DNA from: Eledone cirrhosa
Lineage: Eukaryota
Length of the DNA stretch: 64,000 bases
Reading direction: 5' to 3'
Assembly: GCA_964016885.1 (NCBI GenBank)
Contig: OZ024740.1
Coordinates: 156,736,001 to 156,800,000, forward strand
Part shown: positions 28,973-42,597 of the stretch, one piece after another
Layout of the letters: every line of letters starts with the position of its first letter
How positions within the stretch are numbered: position 1 is the first letter of the stretch
Made by a program: the position numbers and the translations under genes
Notes under the pieces: generated by a model
Seen by the model: only the letters and a program-made list of their open reading frames with translations
Told to the model about the DNA's origin: nothing
Database searches by the model: none

Positions 28973-29808
28973 AGAGTTCAAAAGGTGTGTAGGGGAGTGG
29001 TGGAGAGACATATAGCGAAAGGAAACGGTGCGAATGAAAAATTAACAAATAAAGACAAAAATATAATAAATAATAAATAAAAATAAAGCATGATCAAAAT
29101 ACAAGGAATGAGAACATTTAAAAATAAAGGCATGATCAAAATAAACTGAAATATTAAAAGGGGGGTAAACAGGTGGTGGAAGGGTGTGGGGTGAGTAGAG
29201 GTGGAGGCGGGTGGAGTGGGGAGAGGGAGACGGGGTGTCCGAGCGGGGAGGGCTGAAGGTGGTGTGTGTGGTTAGGTGTGCGTGCGTGTGTGTGTGTGTG
29301 TGTGTATGTGAAAGTGAGGGTTGGGGGAAGAACGGGGTTGCATGTTCAGGAAGGTGTGTGTGGGGGGTGTTTTTGTGTGTCGGAGGGTCTGTGCGTGTGT
29401 GGATAGGGGGTGGGGGAGAGGAATCAGGGGGCTGAGGGTGTAAATATGTGGTGGGAAGCACGTGTGTGTGGTTTAAGCGTGTTGTGGGTGTGGGTGGCGT
29501 GTGGATAAAAAAATTTGTTTTGGGATGTGTGTGTGGGTGAGTTATATAGGTGATGGTGTTAGAGGATGGTTGAAAGTGGTAAGTTACACGGATGTATGGA
29601 GATTTTGGTTGGAAGTCAAAACGCGTGTGGGTAATCCAAGAAGCGGTGGTCGGAAGAGGAGAGATGTGGGGTGCGCGCGCAACAGGAAGTGGTCAGCAGT
29701 GGAAGTGCTGTGGTCAGTTGGTGCTGAGACAGTGGTCGGAAGGGCATAGCAGCAGTCAGCGGAATGGTAGGGAGGCGAGGATGGGTAGGTGTGAGAGTTG
29801 GAGTGAGG

Positions 29809-29865
<57 letters not shown>

Positions 29866-30344
29866 TAGTAGGGGTGTTAGTGGGATGAGTGAGTGTGGAG
29901 TGGGGAGAGAAGGGTGTGTGTGGTTCTATGGAGGGAGTGTGGTGTACTGGTGTGTGTGTAGTTAGGTGAGGAGGTGTTAGTGGGTGTTAGTAGACGGGAG
30001 GTGGGAGGGGTGGAATGCAGGTGTGAGTGGGGGTTAGTGGGGGTAGGGTGTGTAGAGTTGGTGGTGTACGAGGGTGTGTGGGTACGTGTGCGTGGGGTTG
30101 GAGGGTGTTAGTGATGTTAGTTGCGTGTGGGGTGGGTGGTGTAAGTGTGTGCGTGTGATAAGGAGGGGGGAGGAGGAGAAGAGGGGAGGGAAGGGATGTT
30201 AGTATGTTAGTTGGGGAAGGGTGGTTAGATGAGGGGTGGAGTGGAGGTGTTAGTATTGTTAGTGTGGGGTGGGCGGTGAAAAGGAGGGGTGTGTTAGTGG
30301 TGTTAGTGGGGGATAAGTGGGGGAGGGGGGCGTTCGAACGCTAA

Positions 30345-30665
30345 AGGAATAAGGGTGGGGAGTTCAGGCCGGAGGGAGTGTGGGTTTGTAAGAGGAAGAT
30401 AGTACGTTGTTCGACCGTGAGGCGATGGGCGGGTGTTCCGTGGCACTGGAGTAGGCCACAGACTGTGAGATGGTGTGCGGAGTGTCCAGGGCCACCAAAG
30501 TGGCGGGCGATGGGGGAACTGCCCCCGAGACGAATGTCCCGGAGGTGCTCCGTGACTCGGTCCGCCAGGCGGCGTCCCGTCTGTCCGACATAAGTCGCGC
30601 TGCACCTCGTGCAACGAAGTCCGTAGACTAGGTTGGAGGAGGTGCAGCGGAAGGCATGCCGGACC
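30345..30665 (-). pseudogene. GIY-YIG endonuclease fragment (not reported in the ORF track)
   Basis: Manual translation: HAFRCTSSNLVYGLRCTRCSATYVGQTGRRLADRVTEHLRDIR, then a frameshift, then PIARHFGGPGHSAHHLTVCGL...RLTVEQRTIFLLQTHTPSGLN. Confidence 0.85.
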
Positions 30666-30685
30666 GAGATATATATATATATATA

Positions 30686-31308
30686 TATATGAAAGACGTA
30701 AATAAGAAAGTTATGAAAATTGACTTACTTACTAAAATTTCACTCCAACTAATTAGTTTCTGTAAGGGGATAAATATAGTTATGTAAAAACTATAGAGAA
30801 GCCTTACGTCATCAGGGAGTCTATTCTCAGCTAAGTTTCCAGGCAATGCGGGGACACTGGGAACTTATATAAAAATAATTCAGTGGATGGAAAAAACGAG
30901 CGGGGCTAGATACCAAGCCACTGAAAAATTCACTGCCTTCTTGGTCAAGTGGCAAATTCAAAAGAATAAATCACGTGACACTGAGGTTAACCAGCTTGGA
31001 GTGGGGGTGCTAATAAGACAGAGCCTAGCCACTACTATCAGTCACAGTAGTAATTTGGCAAATTTTGCTCAACAAATTATTTGGAGGTAATTATAAAGAA
31101 TTAATATATCTACGGACATATGTATACCGATGCATACCTATGCTAGCAGATATATATGTTTTGTCTTAGTAACTTTGTGGTTCTATACAGGGGAATGCAG
31201 AACAATTATATGAAAGACGTAAATAAGAAAGTTATGAAAATTGACTTACTTACTAAAATTTCACTCCAACTAATTAGTTTCTGTAAGGGGATAAATATAG
31301 TTATGTAA
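30686..31308 (-). mobile_element. Terminally redundant non-coding HHR element (family A, 521 nt period)
   Basis: 30686-30787 is identical to 31207-31308. HHR at 30742-30820, (TA)n flanks. Confidence 0.85.
30742..30820 (-). ncRNA. Type I hammerhead ribozyme motif with extended stem II
   Basis: Minus strand: ACTCC-CTGATGA-C-GTAAGG...TATAGTT/AACTATA...CCTTAC-A-GAAA-CTAATTAG-TT-GGAGT. Confidence 0.8.
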
Positions 31309-31455
31309 TATATATATAAATTGGTCTAATTAATTTTTTGTGTGATTAAATATGGTGATTGGGAGTAGAGATAATGTATATATATTATCAAATAATTCTC
31401 TGGACATGCTTTACTCTATAGTATATATATATATATATATATATACGTGTGTGTG

Positions 31456-31583
<128 letters not shown>

Positions 31584-32077
31584 ATTATTTGCCTGACTCA
31601 GAGCCTCATCTACTAGTAAATAATTACCCTCACCCTTCGCACCCACATACATATTCATATATTCTACCTGCAGTCGAGATGTTATCTTAACCTATATTCT
31701 TTCTGATTGCTTGATTTTGCGTGACAAAGAAATTACTTTATTAGCTACTGGAATGAATTTGCATCTCATTGCCCTTTAGGAGGAATTTTCCCTGTAAACG
31801 TTTTCGCTCATATCATTGTTTTCTTGTTTTGAGGACTTTCCTGTTTTTCCTTTCCTTTACCTAATTTCTCTGTCTCTCGTATTGCTATTAAGAACATCTC
31901 TTTCTATCAGCAACATACTTCCTTAAACTCCTATCCATTTTCTTTATCCTATCAATCCTTTCCTCTCTGTTTCCTGTTGAAATACAACCTGTCTATATCT
32001 CACTTGATGTAAAGCTCTCTATGTTGTCATCAATATTATTTTTCTATTTAACCTCTCATTATATTACTTTGTCCATA

Positions 32078-32265
32078 GGGCGGTGGATTGGCAGTATCGG
32101 TAGAGGGTCGGACGCCATGCTTTCCAGCATAGTTACGTCCCTTTACGATCTGAGTTCAAATCCCGCCGAGGTTGACTTTGCCTTTCATCCTTACGGGGTC
32201 GATAAAATAAAGTACCAGTAATGCACTGGTAAATTGCTGGCCTTGTGCCTAAAGTAGAAACAATT
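32078..32265 (+). mobile_element. SINE family 1, full length, TSD ATTATATTACTTTGTCCAT
   Basis: Best consensus copy, with a 19-bp duplicated flank. Confidence 0.95.
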
Positions 32266-32426
32266 ATATTACTTTGTCCATTACATTATTCCCCTGGTAT
32301 ATCTGATGGCGGATACAGCTCTTACGTTTATGAAATTTATACCAATGCGTTTGGAATTTAGTATCTTCTTTATCCTTTGGGAATATTCTATCTTGTTTTA
32401 TTTTTTTATTATTTCATCCTTTATGA

Positions 32427-32571
32427 GGGCGGTGGATTGGCAGTATCGGTAGAGGGCCAGACGCCATGCTTTGCAGCAAAGAGTTACGGCTTTTTATGAT
32501 CTGAGTTCAAATCCCGCACGGGGTCGATTTGATCGACTTTTCCCTTCCCCCAAATTGCTGGCCTTGTGCCT
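32427..32571 (+). mobile_element. SINE family 1, internally deleted
   Basis: Head and tail match; the central domain is missing. Confidence 0.8.
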
Positions 32572-33262
32572 ATGGACACTGTTAGGTCATGTGTTTTGTT
32601 TATATTTTGTTTATAATTTGTGTTGGGTTGGTGTAACTTTTGTTTGTGGCGGGAACGGTGGTAGCAGTGATGGTGGTGGTGATGGTGGTTGGTGTATGTG
32701 TGTGTGTATGTGTATGTGTGTGTGTGGGTCGGTCCGTCTTTGTATTGATGTTCAGCGCCAACGGGTGTGGATGTGTAGGGGTGTTTTGTTATTGTGTATG
32801 GGTGTGTACCAGTCGGAGTATGTGTCGTATCTACGCGTGCCTGTGTCACCATGACTTAGTTCATCTATGTTTAGCAACTTACTGGTTCAACAATAGGTAC
32901 CAGACTTAAAAAACGGGTGCTGGATTTGATATTATTAATAAAATCCTTCGCGGTGGTACCCCGGCATGGGTGAAGAGAAATGAATTGAAATAAGAGTGCG
33001 CCCAGTGGTACTTTTCCCACCAAACAAGATAGGGTCAATAACAGCTAAAAGTTTTGGTTTATATTTACAAGATTTTATTCACTCTGGTAAAGTTTAGTTT
33101 GATAAGGATAAAAACATCATTTATTACAGAGTATTTATATTCTAATACGTAGCTGTATTAAATGTCGAACTAACAGCCAAATACAGTTCATAGTCAGAAC
33201 TAATGACGATCATACTTTTAATACATGATTCAAAACACACACACACATATATATATATATAA

Positions 33263-33331
<69 letters not shown>

Positions 33332-33595
33332 AACAAATGTACGTGTATTTGTATCTGTATGTATGTTTTATAAATTACATTAAATTTAAATGCTTCGTGG
33401 CAGATGGACACCTGTCAAGAATAAATTTATCTAAACCTAATATATTATATTATAGTTGACGTCTCACCTTTACTTGAGATAGGTTCAAGTCCATAGCTAC
33501 TCTTTCACCCACACCCACCCACACCCACACAGCCGCACCCACACACATATATATATAATATACATTATTACATATATATATATATATATATATAT

Positions 33596-33842
33596 AGTAA
33601 TAATAATAAATTTGAAGACTAAAATCCAAAGAGGGTTCGATAAGGATAAATATATATCAAATATATAAGAACCGTAGAGCAAATATTTATTTAGTTTGAT
33701 CGTCCTCCTGTCTTCCTCCGGTTGCAACGTTTTTTGAAATATTCACTTCTGCGTTCACAGGTTGACTTTGTTAGTTTCAGAAGATCCCGTTAAGGGTGAA
33801 AGCAGCAATTATTTGCTTAAACTTTAATCTGTTATTTTAATA
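33596..33842 (+). mobile_element. Family C copy
   Basis: Same termini as 28221-28818 with a shorter interior. Confidence 0.8.
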
Positions 33843-34189
33843 TATATATTTAACTGATATTTTAATATATATATTTAACTGATTAACTAAACATCTAATC
33901 ATATTTAAACAATGGTTACATTTCTCATATTATATATGTATATTCCATTCATGATTATTAATATTTCTAATTTTATTTATTCATTTCATCTCAATTGTTA
34001 AGATAACTCAACAAGATATGACTTAGAGTTTTTCGTTCTGTCTCCTTTCTCTGTCTCCTCTCTCTCTCTATCTGTTTCTCTCTCTGTTCTTCTGCTCTTT
34101 CTCTCTCTGTTTCTTTCTCCGTAACCCAACGGCTTATTTTAAAAATATCTAATACTAACTTACCTAATAATATAATTAAAGCTATAACT

Positions 34190-34463
34190 TCACTATCCGG
34201 GAGCTTCCAACAGTAATGGTTGCATTCTTTAAGGGTATGTCAATATTTATTTATAAAACTGATCTATATTATATTTTATCTGATGAAAGCACACCATAAT
34301 TTAACTTGGTGCCCTTGAAATATGTATAATGAAATAAATATGGTTTTATAAATATAGTTTCCATTTGTTAATATCGTATTTTTACTCCCAATATTTGTTG
34401 AGTGCTTTATATCAGTTATAAAAATATTTGCTTGTTGTATCCCAACAATTTAAATAGAACATT

Positions 34464-34465
<2 letters not shown>
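34190..34465 (+). mobile_element. PLE 3' terminus (family H) with HHR at 34273-34335
   Basis: ATTTTAT-CTGATGA-stem II-GAAA-TATGTA-TA-ATGAAAT. Homologous to 44037-44205 and to the reverse complement of 46805-47050. Confidence 0.75.
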
Positions 34466-34510
<45 letters not shown>

Positions 34511-34690
34511 TATAGATGTATATATATATATATATACATCTATAATACATACATATACATACACTCATATACATATGTATATATATATATATGTGTGTGT
34601 GTTTGTGTGTGTATGTGTACACACAGACTTATATATATATTCATATATTACATACGTATATATTATATAAAAAAGTACACACACACACAC

Positions 34691-34802
<112 letters not shown>

Positions 34803-35614
34803 AGCCTTATATGCCTGTATATGTGTTTGTGTACACTTCAATGTATGATTTTTGCTGTCCAAATTTCTGATTTTATATCACAGTGACGTTGAACTTTTCA
34901 TTCATTCTTGGGATTATAAATACCTATATATTGTGAAGTATTATTTTATCACTTATGTCTCTCCTTGTCGCAAAATATGATCCGTTGTGTTTTTCAATAT
35001 TGTTCTCAGTTGCCCGATTTTTTGTGCTTGTTTCTATATGCATTAATGTGTGTGCAACCGACTGATGCATCATAAATTTTACTTCAGTTTCACCTTTTCC
35101 TCTCAATTTTCCCGTTATATATTGTATTAAATCAATTGTTGATTCAAGTAAATAATTATATAAAAATATGCCCTCCTCCTTTTTTGAGGAATCAGAAAAA
35201 GTTCCTCTCTAACCTCTTTCTGTATATTATCACCAACCACTAGTTCCTTGGATTTGCTTTAGAGGAGTATCTCCTCCTTTTAAACATCGAAAGTGAACAT
35301 TCCACCGATATTTACTTCAGCCGTATTAAACTCAACAGTTTGGGAAAAGCGCCTTTAGATTTCACGAGCAACTGTCTTTTCACTTTTGATTAACTTAAAA
35401 GATATATATCAAACACTTATGTCGGTACAGTCGATTGTGTTGGTTTACAGAAATTGACAAAACAAGTGTCAGAGTGATATCATTAATAACATCGATATGA
35501 TAAACTAAAAATAGAAGCTGGCGCCCCGGCAGTGTCACAGTACATTGAACGAAACCAAAAAAAGGAAAAAAAAAAGAATATGTATATGAACATAGCGTTG
35601 CAGACAACAGAGTG

Positions 35615-35650
<36 letters not shown>

Positions 35651-35666
35651 TTAATTTGTACTAAAA

Positions 35667-35813
<147 letters not shown>

Positions 35814-35959
35814 CATGCGTGTGTGTGTGTATGTTCGTATGTATAAAATTTCATTGATTTATTGATGAAGCACTGGACAAATTTTGAAAATAAATTTTGC
35901 TTTTGAAAGCTGTCGTACTGCAGATAAAATATAAATCTTCTTTTCTTCGTGTGTCATCC

Positions 35960-37195
35960 CTCCATCGAATGTGATGCGTACACAAAGTTCTTATTTCAGA
36001 CTTGCTGATTTCTCATCGAAGCAAGATCTCTTCCTGCAAGGCTAGTGTCCCTTGCCAACAGAATCTTAATGATCATACTCGGAACTTTGCATCTAATGAC
36101 TAGAGAAGCAGTTTCCCTGCAGATCTTTCATGGCGTGAAACATGACCAGCAGGAGTCAAACTATCGATGCAACTCGTGGCAGGTCACCATAAAGATCCTT
36201 GTTAGTAGTGTGACATTGCCACGAAATATTGAACACCACACATAACCTCTTGATGTAGGAAACATCAAGTCTCCTTGAGCAGTTAACTCGGAGAGTTCAG
36301 GACTCCGAACCTTATGACGGGACACGTCAGTGGTCTTGAAGACCATGTACTTCATAGATCTTCGAATGGAAGCCTTCCAGACATTTCGCAGTGAATTTAT
36401 TGCTCTATGTATAACCACACAAATACATAAATCCCTGAACCGATTCGATAGGTGAACCGTCAGACGCATGTTGATTGAAAGTGGATAGATTCAAATGCAT
36501 GAATTTAGTCTTTGGTGCAAATAAACCCATATCCTGGCAAGCAATCTCGACACGATGGAGGAGGTCTTTAGCTACTTAAATGGTATTCTCCGGAAGAGCG
36601 ATGTCATCTGCATAGTCGAGATCAGGGGGCTCAATAAATTAATTGTTTCTACTTTAGGCACAAGGCCAGCAATTACCCAGTACATTACTGGTACTTTATT
36701 TTATCGATCCCGTAAGGATGAAAGGCAAAGTTAACCTCGGCGAGATTTGAACTCAGACTGTAAAGGGACGTAACTATGCTAGAAAGCATTGCGTCCAACC
36801 CTCTACCGATACTGCCAATTCACCGATGACGGCGACTCCGACGTCTTTTGATGGTTACACCGCCAGAATCTGTGATGGCAATGCGAAGGGGATAGTTCAA
36901 ACATTATAAAAAGGAACTGAGCAAGTGGATAGGCCGTAGTTCAAACCTGTTACGAAATCTGGTCGATTTCGTAACAAGTTGAGGGTTTTTCCGCAGAATA
37001 TTCGGATGATGGGGCTGCTATTTTGGCGGCGAGCCGACGCTCCAGGAGTCACCGCTTATCTCTAACCTCCCGGGAGACCGGCCCACCTAGGGTGGCCCTA
37101 TCAAGAGCAGCGCTCCAGACGACAACGTTCTCTCGGATTTACAGAACACACAACCCCAATTCGCTACAACATGGCCATTCCCAGGAGGGGTTATT
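35960..37195 (-). mobile_element. RTE-clade LINE remnant (5' UTR + RT C-terminal part), interrupted by a SINE
   Basis: LDYADDIAL at ~36595-36625 with downstream KTKFMHLN. 37020-37190 resembles the RTE/BovB-type 5' UTR pattern (GGGGTTGTGTG...AGGGCCACCC), recognised from memory. Confidence 0.6.
36639..36825 (-). mobile_element. SINE family 1
   Basis: Consensus match. Confidence 0.9.
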
Positions 37196-38681
37196 TTTAA
37201 AGACTACTTTATCTTAATAATGTATTTAAGATTACATTATCAAATTTAATAATGCTTTATTATGACACTCCTTTCTATTTATCTCAGAATAATATCCCTA
37301 GTTGTCTCCCGTAATAGGTCAACTAGATACATTTTATGTTGGAGGTTATCTCAAATATCATGTTGCCTATACGTATGTGTAACTTTTCTGGTGTGGGCTG
37401 AAGGTTATCGCAACTTTCATGTTATTAAAATAGTTGATAAATACAGATTTTGACAGTATCTATCAACTATGTTTTGTAGCAGGCATTGACAAAATATTTT
37501 CGGAGGTCGTCGTCTAATACCAAATCCCCCCATCCTTAAAATTGTGAGTTGTGCCTCCTCAATGGCACACCTCTTGACACAAAACTAAATGAATTTCCTT
37601 AATATGAATTGAGCTTTGTCTCAAAAGATAAAGGGATTATATCTGTGATGACATGCGAACTGCTGGCATTTTGGCTCGGAAGACAAAGACATTGTCAACG
37701 AGCGACGCATGTTGCTGTTGTTTAACCCAGGTCAGCTTTTATTTAGTAGTCCTATTGCCAAATGCTTTGCAGCGGAGTCATTCCTATCATTTATGGCATT
37801 GTTCATCTAGGACCATATTTTCTAATGTGCTCTTGTCCTGCTTGGAAAATCTACTTCAAACTCCATTGTTTTAGAGAAAATGGTTGATCAAAACTGAAAC
37901 GCCTTTGATCATAGGGCTATCTATAAAGGGTTGGACACAGAAAAAAAAATGTATACTTTACATGTCTATGAATTGATTGGGGTCCATCTGAAAGGCTAAT
38001 TTATCAAGGTTATCATCACGAGATATTGTCGTTTCAAATAGATAACTTATTTAGAAAGAAATGGTATAAAATTATATATAGATACAGACAAACATTTAGG
38101 TTTTATTATATATTTATTTTCTACCCAAATTGTATAAAAATCAAGTCGTTGGTTATAGTTTTCAATCATAGTTTCACTGCTTTTGCGATAAGCAAGAATG
38201 ACATTTCATTCGTAAACTCTATATTTTCGGTTTTCTCGACGAGGTTAACATATTTTGCAGAATTATAGAATTATATTGGCGAATGATGCACACCATATTC
38301 CACTCACAAGACACTGGCTATGTCAGAAAACTCTTGCCCACGTTATCTGTGCAGTAGGTTCTAACAGAGAATTACGTGGTTGCAAATCGAAATTTTTAAC
38401 CGCAAAGCTATGCCTGTGGTAACATTGACACAATGTCACACGTGTTTTTTTTGTTTTTTTGTTTTTTGTTGAGTGGGGATAACAATTGGTCACATCAATT
38501 CTACGTATTTGGAGAGAACTTATTTTATCGTTTGGAAAAATAAAGTTATGTGTGGCATCGGTATTATTTGAACATGTACATAGAGAGACGTAACGTAATT
38601 AAATACCGCAACGCATTTTGTCCATCTCTTCATCGATCATTTGCTCGCACATAATTAGCCATTATTAAACGTTTCTGATAA

Positions 38682-38858
38682 AGGGCCGTGGATTGGCAGT
38701 ATCGGTAGAGGGTCGGACGTCATGCTTTCCAGCATAGAGTTACGTCTCTTTACGGTTTGAGTTCAAATCCTGTTGAGGTTAACTTTGCTTTTCATAAAAT
38801 AAAGTACTAGTAATGCACTGGGATAATTGCTGACCTTGTGCAAAAAGTAGAAACAATT
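38682..38858 (+). mobile_element. SINE family 1
   Basis: Consensus match with a small deletion. Diverged relatives lie at ~38490-38630 (-) and ~39150-39313 (+). Confidence 0.85.
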
Positions 38859-39472
38859 AGTAAACGTTAATTTGTGTTGAAGCTTTAAATTCGCAATTTG
38901 TAACTTGTAATTTATTTGGCTTTGCAAAAGCAAAATTTTAAGAAATATTTTCACAAACTTGAATTCTTTTTTAATTGAAGATGTGTTTTTTTCTGCTTGA
39001 AATATTAATTAAACATGTCAATAGTTAACATACACATCGAGAAAATTATGACTACCATAATTATTACAACATAGAACTGCAGCAATAATTACATGAACAT
39101 TTTAGGTCGTTGAAAGATTCCTTATTTTATTATTTTAATGGTTTCAAATGACGGAAGATTAGCAGTATCTGTAAAGTGCCAGGTAGTATGCTTTGTCAAA
39201 AATTTCCGCCGAGATTAGCTTTTTCTTTAATCCTTACTGGTCAAAAAAATAAAGTACCAGTAACGTACTGGAGTCGGTTTAATTTTTAGCTTTGTACCTA
39301 AATCAGAAATCATTACTTTACTACTTCCAGTCATTTCGATCATGTTACATTGTCTGTCGTTCTCTGTTCGTCGAACCGCTAGTTTATGGGATATAAACAA
39401 TGCCATTTGTTAAATGGTACACACATACACGTAACCCCCACCACACAAGCACGCCCCCCCCACACACACACT

Positions 39473-39513
<41 letters not shown>

Positions 39514-39660
39514 TTTGGGTGTAAAGTGAATTAGTTAACCACATAACCATATCTGCGCCTATGAGGATTCTTTTATAATATTAGTTCATACCATTTTCCA
39601 GGAAATTGAAGTGTTTATTGGCCGATTCCTTTACTGGTAGTTAGCTTATTGCTACCTGTA

Positions 39661-39820
39661 CAGTGAAATTCCGTTATATCGAAATTCACAAGGTATTAAA
39701 AAATTCGTTGTAACGAAAAATTCGCTATAACGAGATCGAGTGTGTGGCCGGAGATTGAAAAAAATTCGTTTTACTGAAAAATTCGTTATAATGGTATTCG
39801 TTATGCCGGAATTTTACCTG
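39661..39820. mobile_element. pogo/Tigger-type MITE
   Basis: TA|CAGTGAAATTCCG...CGGAATTTTACCTG|TA: imperfect TIRs, TA TSD, internal TTCGTTATAACG-like repeats. Confidence 0.7.
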
Positions 39821-39937
39821 TAGTGTGTGAAAAGTAAATATGACATTGGTGTGGTTTTCTTTATAGACCTGAGTTATCAGTATTGTCTACATTTCCTGCA
39901 ACTGATATTATTATAGTTATCTCTTAATTATAGTTGA

Positions 39938-40157
39938 GGGCAGTGGATTGGCAGTATCTGTAGAGCGCCGGACACCATGCTTTGCAGCATAAAGTTACGA
40001 TCATTTACGTTCAGAGTTCAAGTCCCACTGAGGATAGCTTTGCCTTTCATCCTTATGGGGCTCGATGAAATAAAGCACCAATAAAGCACTGGGGTTTATT
40101 TAATCAACTTTCCCCTTTCCTTCAAATTGCTGGCCCTGTGTCTAAAGTAGAAACAAT
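39938..40157 (+). mobile_element. SINE family 1, longer variant
   Basis: Consensus match plus an extra ~30 nt segment that is also present at 63155-63368. Confidence 0.85.
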
Positions 40158-41047
40158 CCCTATTGTGCTTTATGTTCTTTATTTTAAACACCCATAGAAG
40201 CGTGAATCTTTTTACGACTTTGCTATAGGAAGAAAGAGCTAAAGCTTTCGAAGGACATGTGTTGTTAAACCGTTGCTAGTAAAAATCCATAACGTTTTAA
40301 CCCTCTATATATCGTTTCCTTTTAGGTATTCTCAACTTTAAAACGGTAATTATAAGTTAGTAATTGATTGATCCCCTAATTATTACACATAACATTCCTT
40401 ATTTCAAAACAACGAGGAAGATGTCGATTGGACATTTACCTTCATCTAAAGTTTGGTAAAGAAAATACTACCCAGTGCTTTTGCAACTCTCTCTTCCACT
40501 ATCTATCATATCCTTGATGTTCTGTTGGATCAATGTTAAGAGTGACGAGTGAGGGGAGCAGGTATTCATCTTTGCTTGCAAACATAAGCAATTAATACTA
40601 TAAGCGAAGGCATAGTACATGCGGCCATGTAATCCTCGATTGCGAAAGACGACCGGAGTTTTAGTTCAATTTGAGTAACATCTCTGTGTTATATCTAGCA
40701 GACCTAGCGACTGCACTGAGAACCCTTTATTTGTTCCTTTATGCCCATGTCTAAAAATCAATCTGCCCTGTAATTATCTCTATATCTAAATCTGTATCTC
40801 ACAAGATCGCCGCAATGACTTTTTAAAGAGAACTTCCTATATAAGTATGCCTATGTTTTTATGATTTTATTTATCATGTATTACCTGATGACTCTCAAGA
40901 GGTTTATCTTGCTCTACTTGTGTTGTTGCCTATATATATATATATTTAGAACTCTCCACAAATGTAGAAACATTCATCTCTATACGTACTGCTTATTCAG
41001 TTTTATCGCCTATAATTGTGTACGTCACCGCCATACATTGGCGAAAG

Positions 41048-41078
<31 letters not shown>

Positions 41079-41080
<2 letters not shown>

Positions 41081-41273
41081 ACGAGGAAAGTGTGGTAAGG
41101 AACCAGGTGGACCATAACGCACAAGAGTACTCGATACTTTGGGTAGTAGAGTGGGTGATAGGAAAAGAGTCAGGACCCCGACGGCAGAGGACAAGCCGTT
41201 TCGACGGCTTTTTCAGTCCAGAAATAGCCTTCGAAATGGCTTGAGCTCTGCCGTCGGGGTCCTGACTCTTTTT

Positions 41274-41278
<5 letters not shown>
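41079..41278. mobile_element. Solo fold-back pLTR of family B
   Basis: Homologous to 23627-23760 followed by its own inverted copy. (TA)n flanks. Confidence 0.9.
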
Positions 41279-41363
<85 letters not shown>

Positions 41364-42089
41364 CGTGTGTGTATGTAAACATATACACAGTCATTTGTAC
41401 AGTTTCAGTCTACCAAATTCAACTCAAAATTATTGGTTGACTTCCATGACTTCGGAAATAATATTTGAATCAACCCCAGAACACTACTTGGTGCAGGAGA
41501 GTCCGAACTAACATTAATCTTCTTTATAACTAACAAAGAACAAATATCCTGGGGCAAACCAAACAATTTCATCACCTAACTCATATACTACACGTGTTAT
41601 GTCTAAATCAATCTTCATAATGTATTGCATTGTAAATGCATAAATGTTTATAGTACATCATAGCAAAGCAATCAGATGATCGTTTTTGATATCTTGGCAT
41701 GAATTGACAAGCAAGAAATGTGTGATTTGTTCATCATATTATGGTCTGTGAGTTCTGTTAATTCATCTTGAATGTTTATTTTATTGTATATGATTTAATT
41801 TAATTTAATCTATTATTAAAAGTGATTCTTTCTGATGGTTTGCTTTTCTATTAAAACTAACTTTTCCACGAGAAGCTATATAATCAATTTTGAAATGTAA
41901 TAGAGAATTTGAGTCTGTTTCTCATCATCTCGAGACTGTTTCCATTTGTTGTTTTATGAGGTGTAATTTTTATAAATACTTATTTGTAACGAAACTTATT
42001 ATTAGAACCAGGCTTTTCCTTCGCATTGTTTTCTTTTACTCACTTTCTCTCTGAGTCTCCCGCTATAAAATGATTCTCTCTCTCTTTCT

Positions 42090-42179
<90 letters not shown>

Positions 42180-42227
42180 TATATATATTATATATATATA
42201 TATATGTATATATATTATATATATATA

Positions 42228-42367
<140 letters not shown>

Positions 42368-42416
42368 CATTTTATAGCGGGAGATACAGAGAGAAAGTGA
42401 GTAAGAGAAAACAATG

Positions 42417-42597
<181 letters not shown>

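Larger units (their letters stand above)
28850..30668 (-). mobile_element. 5'-truncated Neptune-like PLE: GIY-YIG fragment, long C/A-rich 3' UTR, terminal HHR
   Basis: Endonuclease translated by hand, HHR at 28939-28972, (TA)n flanks. Confidence 0.85.

Noticed and set aside
32078-32170. SINE heads as tRNA genes
   Set aside because: A and B boxes are present but there is no cloverleaf, and they are always fused to the SINE body.
34870-35400. Protein-like decayed reading frame on the minus strand
   Set aside because: Multiple stops and no motif I could recognise. It needs BLASTx.
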